In this document: one piece after another, positions 18,498 through 26,728 of the stretch | Layout: every line of letters begins with the position of its first letter | Numbering within the stretch: position 1 is the first letter of the stretch | Assembly (NCBI GenBank): GCA_026995935.1 | Contig: JALWNK010000005.1 | Coordinates: 1,072 to 65,071 of the forward strand | Source: Deltaproteobacteria bacterium | Lineage (GTDB): Bacteria > Desulfobacterota > Dissulfuribacteria > Dissulfuribacterales > QOAL01 | Direction: 5' to 3' | Length of the DNA stretch: 64,000 nt | Translations under genes and position numbers: made by a program | Notes under the pieces: generated by a model | What the model was told of the DNA's origin: nothing | The model's database searches: none | What the model saw: the letters and a program-made list of their open reading frames with translations, nothing else

Positions 18498-19705
18498 AGC
18501 CTTGACCTCAAAGCTCGTACAGGCTCCCAGCCTGCAGCCTTTCTTGCAGGAAGGGCCGCTGAAAATAGACCTGTGGCAACGGAAAAAAAGAGGGCTGCAA
18601 TGTAAGAGGCCACTGGATAGACCCTTGGAATGAAAAGAAGGGGCATGAGAAACCTTATGCCCAAAAGCCCAAGGATGCTTCCCAGTACGCCGCCAATAAA
18701 CGAAATGATTACCGCCTCAGCCAGAAACTGCAAAAGTATGTGGAGGCTTGATGCCCCAAGGGCCCGCCTTATCCCTATCTCCCAGGCCCTTACCTTCACA
18801 TTTATGGAAAAGATGTTTGACATGACAAAACCGCTTATGAAAAGGGCCGTCATGCTCACAAGCCCAAGATAGATGGAAAGGGTGATGTTGAATATGTTTA
18901 GGAATTTTCTGATGGTCTCCGGGGTGATGACTGCAAAGTCCTCCCTGGCATGATGCCTTAACAGGGCCTCCTTAACCTGGGAAACAATCAAATCGTAAGG
19001 GACATTTGGATCCACCTTGAGCTTTATTGCAAAAAAGCGCCTGTACTCAGGCTCAATGAACTTCCTGTAGGTACCTATAGGCAGTATCGCCCTGTTATCA
19101 AGGCTTCTTCCGCTTGGAAGCTTTCCCTTTTTTGCAAAAACTCCTATGATCTTAAAGCTTGTTTTAGACACCTTGATTTCCCTGCCAATGGGATTTTCTC
19201 TGCCAAAAAGCTCCCTGGCGAGCTCCGTTCCGATTATGCACACCTTTGGGGAAAAAAGGTACTCCCTTGGAAGAAAAGGCCTGCCCTCTGCCATCTTATA
19301 GTCAAATACCTCAAGAAAATCCCGCATGGCACCCACCACGTATGCCTTAACACTGTTGTTTCTTGACGAAACGTCCACCTTCTTGAGCATTATGTAAGCA
19401 CATCCTGTCACACCCATGACCTTTTTGAGTATGCGAAAATCCTCCATGTCCAGACGGTAGGTAAGCCGCCTTACGCTGTGTTTTCCTCCAAAGCCAGACC
19501 TTACAAATATGCTGTTTGGCCCAAGGAGTTCGATTATATTTTTTGCCTGGAGGTTGCTTCCCTCAATGGCTGCAATAATGAACACAATGGAGGCAATGCC
19601 GAAACTTACACCACAGACTGCAAAAATGGTCTTTAAAAGCCCTTGTCTTAAGGCCTTAAAAACAGATGACAGGAAAAGGCCCTTAAACAGGATAGATAAG
19701 TCCAT
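18494..19705 (-). CDS. ABC transporter permease, MacB/FtsX type (paralogue)
   Basis: 403 aa with the same architecture (IGIRRALGASSLHILLQFLAEA). It has a 4-nt overlap with the downstream permease gene. Confidence 0.8.
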   Translation of the reverse strand: MDLSILFKGLFLSSVFKALRQGLLKTIFAVCGVSFGIASIVFIIAAIEGSNLQAKNIIELLGPNSIFVRSGFGGKHSVRRLTYRLDMEDFRILKKVMGVTGCAYIMLKKVDVSSRNNSVKAYVVGAMRDFLEVFDYKMAEGRPFLPREYLFSPKVCIIGTELARELFGRENPIGREIKVSKTSFKIIGVFAKKGKLPSGRSLDNRAILPIGTYRKFIEPEYRRFFAIKLKVDPNVPYDLIVSQVKEALLRHHAREDFAVITPETIRKFLNIFNITLSIYLGLVSMTALFISGFVMSNIFSINVKVRAWEIGIRRALGASSLHILLQFLAEAVIISFIGGVLGSILGLLGIRFLMPLLFIPRVYPVASYIAALFFSVATGLFSAALPARKAAGWEPVRALRSRL

Positions 19706-20351
19706 CTTTCATTATCACGCGCCTTTTTGCATAGGAGGCAGTTGCCTCGTCATGGGTTACCAGTATGATCGTCTTTCCGTCTTTGTTAAGAGCAGTGAGT
19801 ATCTCCATGACCTGGGAAGAGCTTTTTGAATCAAGCTGCCCTGTTGGCTCATCTGCAAGAACAATGTCAGGGTCGTTTATGAGGCTTCTTACAATGGCTG
19901 TTCTTTGTTTTTGACCACCTGAAAGCTCAGAGGGCAGGAAAAAGAGCCTTTCTTCAAGGCCAACCTTGCGAAGGAGCCCTCTTGCGCGGGATTTGAAATC
20001 AAGGTGCCTTTTTGAATAGATGGTTGGTACTAACACGTTTTCAAGCACTGTAAGGTAAGGTATCAGGTAGAAGGACTGGAAAACAAAACCAAGCTTCTGG
20101 TTTCTTATGGCAGAAAGCTCGTCGTCGCCAAGGCGAGAAACCTCGGAACCCTCAAGGATGTATTTGCCGTCAGTGGGGCTTTCAAGACAGCCTATTATGT
20201 AAAGGAGGGTGGATTTTCCGCTTCCGCTTGCGCCCATTATGGCAAGAAAATCCCCCTTCTCCACCTTAAGGTCCACACCCTTTAGCACCTCAACCAGCAG
20301 CTCTCCCTGCCGGTATGTCTTTCTTATGCCCCTAAGCTCGATTAAAGACAT
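19683..20351 (-). CDS. ABC transporter ATP-binding protein (MacB/LolD family)
   Basis: Has Walker A GASGSGKST, signature LSGGQKQR and Walker B IVLADEPTG. I prefer ATG 20351; the track uses TTG 20363. Confidence 0.88.
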   Translation of the reverse strand: MSLIELRGIRKTYRQGELLVEVLKGVDLKVEKGDFLAIMGASGSGKSTLLYIIGCLESPTDGKYILEGSEVSRLGDDELSAIRNQKLGFVFQSFYLIPYLTVLENVLVPTIYSKRHLDFKSRARGLLRKVGLEERLFFLPSELSGGQKQRTAIVRSLINDPDIVLADEPTGQLDSKSSSQVMEILTALNKDGKTIILVTHDEATASYAKRRVIMKDGLIYPV

Positions 20352-20368
20352 GAAAATCGCCAATAACC

Positions 20369-21613
20369 CTACGGCCTGTAAAGGACAACGTCCCCCTCCT
20401 TAAGACCTGATCTTATTTGCGTGAATTTGGAGTCGCTTATGCCTGTCTCCACCCTTACAAAGCCCTTGCCCTTTGCGCCCTTGAGTCTTACCACGTAGTG
20501 GCCGTCAAGAAACTTTACGGCACCGTTTGGCACAACGAGAACGTCCCTTAAGGTCCTTGCGTGAATCTGGTTGTGGGTTGTCATCTTGAGGTGAAGCCTT
20601 TGAGCGTCCCTAAAAATCCTCACTACTGCAATGTAGTAGACTACGTTATTCTGGATAACAGGCGCTGGATATATCTTGTCTATGCTGCCCATAAAGGAGA
20701 CATCCGGGTAGGCGTCCACTGTAAAGGAGACCTCCATGCCGTCCCTAATGCGCCCAATGTCTGTTTCGTCCACATATATCCAGTTTTCCACCCTAGATTC
20801 ATCAAGTATCTTGACAAACTGGGGTGCATTGAGCCCTGCAACAACGGTCTCGCCTTCCTGGGTGGAGACATAGGTTATCACCCCTGAAAAGGGCGCCCTC
20901 AGTTCGGAATAGGAAAGCCTTATCCTTGACTTTCTAAGCTCCGCCTCTGCCTTTTTTCTCTCCTGAAGGTACTCTCCCTTTAGCCTTTTTAACCCTATTT
21001 TCGCCTTGGTTAAGGCCGCCTGCGCCGCCTGGATGCTGTTTAAGGCCTCTTTCCAACCGTGCCTTGCCTGGACAAAATCGTTCCTGGCCTCCCTGAAGGC
21101 CCTTTCAGAGACACTGTGATTCCTGCTCTTAAAAAGGGCCTCCATGCTGTTAAAATTCCACTTCCTGAAACGAAATTCAGATTCTGCCCTTTTCTCTTCC
21201 AGCCTTGCGTTCATAAGCTCCTTTTCAAGCCCTTTGATCTCCTGCTCCTTTTCCTTTATGAGGTTCTCGTATCGGACCTTTATCCTTTCAAGTTCCGCCA
21301 GCGTCCTTTTGACGTCTTGCCGAAGCTCCCTGTTATCAATTATGGCTATGAGATCTCCCTTTTTGACCCTGTCACCAACGCTTATGGGCTCCTTGACCAC
21401 GGTTCCTGTCACCCGCGCCCCAAGGCTTATCTGGGCACCTGTTGCAGGCCTTATTTCTCCAGTGGCATTTATTATCTCGCTCACCTTCCCCTTTTTTACG
21501 CGAAATTCCAGGTAGCCCTTCTCCTCCTTGCCCCCCTGCATCTGGATTACAACGCTTATGACAGTTGCAACCAGAAAAACTGCCATTGCCCCATAGATGA
21601 CGTATCGCTTCAT
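20369..21613 (-). CDS. Efflux periplasmic adaptor (HlyD/MacA family)
   Basis: 414 aa with an N-terminal TM anchor, a long coiled-coil hairpin, and lipoyl and beta-barrel motifs. Confidence 0.8.
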   Translation of the reverse strand: MKRYVIYGAMAVFLVATVISVVIQMQGGKEEKGYLEFRVKKGKVSEIINATGEIRPATGAQISLGARVTGTVVKEPISVGDRVKKGDLIAIIDNRELRQDVKRTLAELERIKVRYENLIKEKEQEIKGLEKELMNARLEEKRAESEFRFRKWNFNSMEALFKSRNHSVSERAFREARNDFVQARHGWKEALNSIQAAQAALTKAKIGLKRLKGEYLQERKKAEAELRKSRIRLSYSELRAPFSGVITYVSTQEGETVVAGLNAPQFVKILDESRVENWIYVDETDIGRIRDGMEVSFTVDAYPDVSFMGSIDKIYPAPVIQNNVVYYIAVVRIFRDAQRLHLKMTTHNQIHARTLRDVLVVPNGAVKFLDGHYVVRLKGAKGKGFVRVETGISDSKFTQIRSGLKEGDVVLYRP

Positions 21614-23058
21614 TTTGCTGTGCTTTTCCCTTTACTCCTTGGGCTGGCCAAAGATATTGGCCCTCCAAGGGCCTTATATAGACGAATCCTGTTTTGTATG
21701 AGCCTGAATCTTTCCTGTAACAGCTGCCTTTCAAGTTCGTCAACGCTCAGCTGGGAAGCTAGAAAACGCAGGTACTCCACGTCCCCTGCCAGGTATTTCT
21801 CCTTTAAAAGAAGGCTGGTCTTTTTGGCAAGTTCATGCCTTGACTCAAGATTGCCAATGAGTTCCTGCTGATGCCTTTCAATGGCGAGGCTTTCCTCTAC
21901 CTCCTTTATTGCAGTAAGTAGGGTCTGGCCGTAATCGTAAAGGAACTCCCTGGCCCTTGCCTCCTTCTCGAGGACTTCTGCCTGAAGGCGTCCTCCCTCA
22001 AAAACCGGGGCCACAAGTGAGGAAGAAAGGGTGGAAACCCAGTTCTCAAGGAGATCCTTCACTGCAGATGAGTCAGTTTCCATGCTGGCACCCAGGGTAA
22101 GCCTTGGATACTGGGCCGTGACTGCTGCGGCAAGCCTTTTATTTGCGGCCATTAGCCTTTTTAATGCCCGCATACAATCAGGCCGCCTTTTAAGGATTTT
22201 TACCGGAAGACCTGTTTCAGGAAGTGGCGGAAGCTTTGGCAAAAATTCAGATGTTTTTATATTTTCAGACTTGGTGGCTGTACGTCCAAGAAGAAGGGCA
22301 AGCTCCTTTTGTGCGGTCTCTAGGGCCTTTGCTGCCTCTATCTGTTTTGATATTGTTTGTTCAACAAGCTGCTCCTGCTGCCAAAGATCAAGGGGATCTG
22401 TCTGACCGAAGTGGTACTTATCCCTTATGATCTCAAGAGACTTCCTGTTTCTTTCCTCTTGGCGCCCTATAATCTTGATCTCCTGTTTCAGCGCAACAAT
22501 CTCAAAGTACTTTATGGCAACCTGGGATGACAGTGTAAGCCTTGCCGTTTCAAAATCTGCCCTCTGGGCCGAAAGATCAAGCTCAAATGCCTCTACTTCG
22601 GAGTTTATGCGCCCCCAAAGATCCAGCTCGTAACTTACCGATGAATTGATAAGGATGGTATCTTCGTTTATGTAGCTGCTCCCCTCTTTTTTGGTGGCAT
22701 GACCAAGCCCTGCTCCTGAATCCAGCCACGGAAAAAGGGGGGCACGGGCCCTTTTCACCTGGGCCTCAGCTGCCTTTATACGCTGGTACGCGAATTTAAT
22801 GGTGAAGTTCTCACCAAGGGCATTTTCCACATGCTTCCACATGACTGGATCGTCTATCTCATGCCACCAGAGCTCATTTAGCGGCATATCTCCTGAGGCG
22901 GAAAAGGAGACAGGAACCTTAAAGGGCGGTGCCTCAGGAGCTCCATGGTAGCCTCTACAAGCCCCAAGGATAAGGCCAGCAGTCAGCATGAAAAGATACA
23001 AGCCCGCAGTAAAAAACTTGGCCCGGCAGCCCCTTTTGGCAGTCTTTTGATATTTCAT
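21610..23058 (-). CDS. TolC/NodT-family outer-membrane efflux protein
   Basis: 482 aa with an N-terminal lipoprotein-like GAC and the duplicated OEP repeat pattern. Confidence 0.8.
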   Translation of the reverse strand: MKYQKTAKRGCRAKFFTAGLYLFMLTAGLILGACRGYHGAPEAPPFKVPVSFSASGDMPLNELWWHEIDDPVMWKHVENALGENFTIKFAYQRIKAAEAQVKRARAPLFPWLDSGAGLGHATKKEGSSYINEDTILINSSVSYELDLWGRINSEVEAFELDLSAQRADFETARLTLSSQVAIKYFEIVALKQEIKIIGRQEERNRKSLEIIRDKYHFGQTDPLDLWQQEQLVEQTISKQIEAAKALETAQKELALLLGRTATKSENIKTSEFLPKLPPLPETGLPVKILKRRPDCMRALKRLMAANKRLAAAVTAQYPRLTLGASMETDSSAVKDLLENWVSTLSSSLVAPVFEGGRLQAEVLEKEARAREFLYDYGQTLLTAIKEVEESLAIERHQQELIGNLESRHELAKKTSLLLKEKYLAGDVEYLRFLASQLSVDELERQLLQERFRLIQNRIRLYKALGGPISLASPRSKGKSTAK

Positions 23059-23153
23059 AACTTGAGTGGTTCCATCTCAGATATTAACTTAAAGTCATAA
23101 ATGTGCACAGCAAAGCATATATTTTATAAAAAAGAATGGGCTTCAGGCCGATC

Positions 23154-23181
23154 TTGACAATTTTGCAACTCTATATATATT
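23154..23181 (+). promoter_or_regulatory. Near-consensus sigma-70 promoter for the CAU tRNA
   Basis: TTGACA (23154-23159), a 16-nt spacer, then TATATT (23176-23181). The tRNA 5' end lies about 15 nt downstream. Confidence 0.55.
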
Positions 23182-23196
23182 GACCATTTCAGTTCA

Positions 23197-23270
23197 GGGC
23201 CCATAGCTCAGTTGGTCAGAGCCACCGGCTCATAACCGGTTGGTCCCAGGTTCGAATCCTGGTGGGCCCA
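23197..23270 (+). tRNA. tRNA with CAT anticodon; probably tRNA-Ile2 (lysidine) rather than elongator Met; CCA not encoded
   Basis: Cloverleaf with acceptor stem GGGCCCA/TGGGCCC, anticodon stem CCGGC-like and loop CTCATAA. It has C4-G69 and C5-G68 pairs and a TTGGTC variable region, as in E. coli ileX (from memory). Confidence 0.85.
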
Positions 23271-23360
23271 ATTTAATGCTTTCTAAAAGGCTCTTTGGCA
23301 GGACTTAGAGAGTGAAAGATGCTTAAATATTCAGCAAAATTACCAATTGGGAATTATAAA

Positions 23361-23390
23361 AAGGTGCAATCTTGGGATTGCACCTTTTTT
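23361..23390 (+). terminator. Rho-independent terminator about 90 nt downstream of the CAU tRNA
   Basis: An 11-bp perfect stem AAGGTGCAATC/GATTGCACCTT with loop TTGG is followed by a T6 run. Confidence 0.8.
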
Positions 23391-23412
23391 AATGTTACAT
23401 TTGGCACAAAGA

Positions 23413-24228
23413 ATGACACCATCTGTTAAGGAAATAGAAGAAGCCCTTTTTGAATGGGCCCCCAGATCACTTGCCGAAGAGTGGGACAATGTCGGGCTTC
23501 AGTGCGGCAACCCAGATGCCCCAGTAAATAGGGTTGCCATCTGTCTTGATGTAACCCCCGATTCCCTTTCCTTTGCCTTAAAATCCCAATCAGACCTGGT
23601 CATCTCACACCATCCACTCATTTTTAGGCCTTTAAGTTGCCTAAACCTTAAAGAGTACACGGCCCGCCTCCTGGCGGGTTTTTTACGTCACGACATATCT
23701 GTAATATCCATGCACACCAACCTTGATTCCTGCCAAGGCGGTGTGAATGACAAGCTTTGTGGGCTTCTTGGAATAGGGGACACCTCCCCCCTTCTGCCAT
23801 CTCCTTCCATTCCGGAAGCAGGCCTTGGAAGGGTTGGAAGGCTTGAAAGACCCATGTACCAGGAAGAGTTCATTGAACATGTCTGCCAAGGCCTTGGCCT
23901 TGATTGCATACCCTTTGCCGGGGGCAGCCGCAAACCCATATCCCTGGTGGCGGTCTGTTCAGGATCTGGCTCAACGCTTTTCGACAAGGCACTGACAGCA
24001 GGCGCCCAGGCATATGTCACCGCAGAGATAAAACACAGTGTGGCCAGAAAGGCACAGGCCGAGGACATCCTCCTTGTGGATGCAGGACATTTTCAGACAG
24101 AGCATCCAGTTGTGACCAGCGTATTCGAATTCCTTACAAGGACGGCAGGGACCCGGTCGTGGGATGTCAGTGTAGAAATTTTTAAGGATGAAAAATCCCC
24201 CATGCGCCACTGGAAAAAAGACGGATAA
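23413..24228 (+). CDS. Nif3-like dinuclear-metal-centre protein
   Basis: Has AEEWDNVGLQ, VISHHPLIF, and C-terminal GHF.TEH motifs. The track start at 23347 lies inside the terminator, so ATG 23413 (or 23392) is used. Confidence 0.8.
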   Translation: MTPSVKEIEEALFEWAPRSLAEEWDNVGLQCGNPDAPVNRVAICLDVTPDSLSFALKSQSDLVISHHPLIFRPLSCLNLKEYTARLLAGFLRHDISVISMHTNLDSCQGGVNDKLCGLLGIGDTSPLLPSPSIPEAGLGRVGRLERPMYQEEFIEHVCQGLGLDCIPFAGGSRKPISLVAVCSGSGSTLFDKALTAGAQAYVTAEIKHSVARKAQAEDILLVDAGHFQTEHPVVTSVFEFLTRTAGTRSWDVSVEIFKDEKSPMRHWKKDG

Positions 24229-24261
24229 AAAGCAAAATTAAAATAGATGAGGTGAGCCACA

Positions 24262-24975
24262 TTGAAACCGGAACTATCTGTACTTATAAGACTTCAGGGC
24301 ATTGATCTTGAGATAAGAAAGCTTAAGGCTGAAAAGGAAAAGCTTCCCGAAAGATTTGATGCCCTGAACGAGACCATCCAGCAAAAAAACCAAGAGATAG
24401 AGGAACTCAAGGACAAACTGGCAGATCTTCGGACGAGAAAGACCGAGGTGGAGGACGAGTTGGAGCTTGAGCTTGAACGACTCAAAAAGTCCCAGCAAAA
24501 GCTTACAGCCGTTAAGACAAACAGGGAATTTCAGGCCCTTTCCAAGGAAATCGAAGAGATAAAAAGGGCCAATAAGGCAAGGGAGGACGAGATACTCCAG
24601 CTTGAGGAACAGATAGAGGAGCTCAAGGAAGAGGTTGCCAAGCGTAAAAAGGAGATTCAGGGTTTTGAAAAGGAGGCGGCCGCTGAGAAAAAACACATTG
24701 AGGCCAAGGAGAAGGAATACGACGCCAAGATCCAGACCCTGACAAAGGAACGTGACGAGGTGGAAAAGGATGTGAAGCCCGATCTCCTTTCAAGATACCG
24801 ATTCCTTGCAGACAAAAGGGCAGGAGTTGTGGTGGCAGCCGTGGACCAGGGCGTCTGCAGCGCCTGTAACATGAATATACCGCCTCAGATGTTTAACGAA
24901 CTCCTCAGGGAGGAGAGAATACTTTTCTGCCCGTCCTGCCAAAGGATCATTTACGCATTGAAGACCGAGATTTAG
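24262..24975 (+). CDS. Coiled-coil C4 zinc-ribbon protein (COG1579/DUF164-like)
   Basis: A long heptad-rich coiled coil is followed by CSACNMNIP...CPSCQRI. This protein is a usual neighbour of Nif3. The start is a TTG. Confidence 0.75.
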   Translation: MKPELSVLIRLQGIDLEIRKLKAEKEKLPERFDALNETIQQKNQEIEELKDKLADLRTRKTEVEDELELELERLKKSQQKLTAVKTNREFQALSKEIEEIKRANKAREDEILQLEEQIEELKEEVAKRKKEIQGFEKEAAAEKKHIEAKEKEYDAKIQTLTKERDEVEKDVKPDLLSRYRFLADKRAGVVVAAVDQGVCSACNMNIPPQMFNELLREERILFCPSCQRIIYALKTEI

Positions 24976-24991
24976 TGATTACCTTTTTTAT

Positions 24992-25376
24992 GGTCCTTGC
25001 AGAGGGCGGATGATCGCCTGCCTCCTTGGGGCAGGAGGAAAGTCCGGGCTCCACAGGGCAAGGTGGTTCGTAACACGAACCGGGGGCAACCCCAGGGAAA
25101 GTGCCACAGAAAACAGACCGCCTCGCAGGAAGCGGGGTAAGGGTGAAAAGGTGAGGTAAGAGCTCACCAGCTGCAAAGGTGACTTTGCAGGCTTGGTAAA
25201 CCCCACCTGGAGCAAGACCAAATAGGGAGACGTTTGAGGGCGGCCCGTCCGAGTCTCCGGGTAGGTTGCTTGAGGTGCCGGGTGACCGGCATCCTAGATG
25301 AATGATCATCGTTCCAGCTGCCCCTCTTTCATGGCTGCTGGAATACAGAACCCGGCTTACAGCCCTCTGAAGGGCC
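24992..25376 (+). ncRNA. rnpB: RNase P RNA, bacterial type A
   Basis: Contains the universal GAGGAAAGTCCGGGCTCCA, plus ...AGTGCCACAGAAAACAGACCGCC..., GGTAAGGGTGAAA, AGATGAATGA and ACAGAACCCGGCTTA. P1 pairs CAGAGGGC (25000-) with GCCCTCTG (-25369). Ends are accurate to about 10 nt. Confidence 0.93.
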
Positions 25377-25399
25377 TTTCTTTTTAAAGGAGTTCCATC

Positions 25400-26254
25400 A
25401 TGGCCAGAATCACCCCTGTTGAAATAAAAAATAGGAAACAGACAGGTCCAAGGTTGACCATGCTTACTGCCTACGACTACAGCTTTGCCAGCCTTATTGA
25501 CGCCATAGGAATCGACATGATCCTGGTGGGCGACTCCCTTGGCATGGTGATGCTCGGCTATGACTCCACTGTCCCTGTCACCATGGAAGAGATGCTTCAC
25601 CACTGCAGGGCAGTTAACAGGGCGGTAAAGAAGGCCATGGTAATAGGTGACATGCCCTTTATGTCTTATCAAATAAGCGAGGATGATGCCCTTCGAAATG
25701 CCGGAAGATTTTTAAAGGAGGCTGGCTGTGACGCAGTGAAGCTTGAAGGCGGAAGCAGTGTCTCGCCGGTGATAAGAAAAATCGTTTCTGCAGGAATCCC
25801 CGTTATGGGCCATGTGGGGCTTACACCCCAGACGGCCTCAAGCCTTGGAGGCTTCAAGGTGCAGGGGCGTGAGATAAAGGAGGCGGAAAGGATATTTGAG
25901 GATGCCCTTTCCGTTGCCGATGCTGGGGCCTTTTCCCTTGTTCTTGAGTGCGTACCCACGGAGCTTGCAGGCCTTATAACAGAAAGCATTAATATCCCCA
26001 CAATAGGAATCGGAGCTGGCCCCAAATGCGATGGCCAGGTGCTTGTCACCCACGATATGCTGGGTCTGTTTGAAAAGTTTACTCCAAGTTTCGTAAAAAG
26101 GTATTGTAACCTGGCCCCGCAGATCAAAGAGGCACTTTCCCATTACAAAGAGCAGGTAGAAGCCGGAGAATTTCCATCAAGTGAAGAAAGTTTTTCTGGC
26201 GGAGAAGAGGCCGTTTTGGCCATAAAACAAAGAAAAAATAGTGCCAAGACTTAA
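25400..26254 (+). CDS. panB: 3-methyl-2-oxobutanoate hydroxymethyltransferase
   Basis: Has LTAYDY, ILVGDSLGMV, KLEGG and GHVGLTPQ motifs. Confidence 0.92.
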   Translation: MARITPVEIKNRKQTGPRLTMLTAYDYSFASLIDAIGIDMILVGDSLGMVMLGYDSTVPVTMEEMLHHCRAVNRAVKKAMVIGDMPFMSYQISEDDALRNAGRFLKEAGCDAVKLEGGSSVSPVIRKIVSAGIPVMGHVGLTPQTASSLGGFKVQGREIKEAERIFEDALSVADAGAFSLVLECVPTELAGLITESINIPTIGIGAGPKCDGQVLVTHDMLGLFEKFTPSFVKRYCNLAPQIKEALSHYKEQVEAGEFPSSEESFSGGEEAVLAIKQRKNSAKT

Positions 26255-26295
26255 AGGAGGAGGCTGATGGCCATTCTCCGGCTTGTTTACTCCAT

Positions 26296-26415
26296 CTAAC
26301 GGGCCCTGCGGGCCTTGTTCTTGTTCTGACGCTTTCCCGCCCTTTCACACTTTCTCTTACAATTGTTGCAAATTGCAGGTTGGGTGCGTCTGTTGGGGTT
26401 TTTCAGACAAAACAT
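26296..26415 (-). CDS. Candidate 39-aa Cys-rich, highly basic micro-protein (unannotated, below the ORF-track cutoff)
   Basis: On the minus strand, AGGAG lies 6 nt before the ATG. The ORF reads MFCLKNPNRRTQPAICNNCKRKCERAGKRQNKNKARRAR then a stop: 4 Cys, 14 K/R, 1 acidic residue. It sits about 50 nt downstream of the sigma-54 promoter match. Confidence 0.4.
   Translation of the reverse strand: MFCLKNPNRRTQPAICNNCKRKCERAGKRQNKNKARRAR
26302..26328 (+). terminator. Weak candidate terminator after panB
   Basis: A GGCCC-TGC-GGGCC hairpin (5 bp) is followed by a T-rich TTGTTCTTGTTCTG. The stem is short. Confidence 0.35.
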
Positions 26416-26473
26416 CTTTCACTCCTGTTTGCTCAATCTGTATGCCCAAACTTATTTGCTTTCTAATTATTTT

Positions 26474-26489
26474 AGCAAGACTTGTGCCA
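26474..26489 (-). promoter_or_regulatory. Sigma-54 (-24/-12) promoter match
   Basis: The minus strand reads TGGCAC-AAGTC-TTGCT, an exact fit to TGGCAC-N5-TTGCW. It was the only perfect match I found when scanning TGGCAC/TGGCAT occurrences on both strands. Confidence 0.55.
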
Positions 26490-26589
26490 ATTTTACCAAG
26501 AAATAAAAGGACGATTTAACCAGGCTAAGATGGCCTAAAAACACAAAAAACGCTGGCAAGTTAAAGGAAGCGGGGGTTGGGAAATCAGT

Positions 26590-26605
26590 AAACTGAAAAC
26601 AGTTT
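26590..26605. promoter_or_regulatory. Dyad AAACTG-N4-CAGTTT (candidate activator or IHF-region site)
   Basis: Perfect 6-bp arms centred about 110 bp upstream of the -24 element. Confidence 0.25.
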
Positions 26606-26670
26606 GATTTTCACTCCTTCAAACCGAAAATGTAAGTGTGGTAAAAAAGTCACAATTGTCAAATTCATGA

Positions 26671-26696
26671 CGTGGCATTTTGACACACATGCCACG
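26671..26696. promoter_or_regulatory. Dyad CGTGGCAT-N10-ATGCCACG (candidate UAS or second dxs hairpin)
   Basis: Perfect 8-bp arms centred about 195 bp upstream of the -24 element. Confidence 0.25.
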
Positions 26697-26704
26697 CCAG
26701 GAAT

Positions 26705-26728
26705 CTCAAAAAAGGCCTGAAAGGCCTC
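26705..26728 (-). terminator. Rho-independent terminator of dxs
   Basis: On the minus strand, an AGGCCT-TTC-AGGCCT hairpin is followed by TTTTTTGAG, about 15 nt after the dxs stop. Confidence 0.65.

Noticed and set aside
21059-21871. 270-aa plus-strand ORF antisense to the adaptor and OMF genes
   Set aside because: It is a shadow ORF rich in Leu/Phe/Pro/Ser and overlaps two well-supported efflux genes.
24947-25672. 241-aa minus-strand ORF (also 24988-25221, 77 aa)
   Set aside because: It lies antisense to RNase P RNA and the panB 5' end. The open frame is a by-product of the GC-rich structured RNA gene.
26267-26299. 10-codon plus-strand mini-ORF (MAILRLVYSI) right after panB, preceded by AGGAGGAGG
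   Set aside because: The SD-to-ATG spacing is only about 3 nt. The peptide is tiny and ends in the panB terminator hairpin. There is no independent support, so the purine run may be coincidental.
26283-26519. 78-aa Cys-rich plus-strand ORF (10 Cys) in the panB-dxs spacer
   Set aside because: It starts at a TTG with no SD and no recognisable promoter. It is antisense to the better-supported minus-strand micro-ORF. Its Cys richness mirrors the GCA/ACA-rich complement. It is kept as a formal alternative only.
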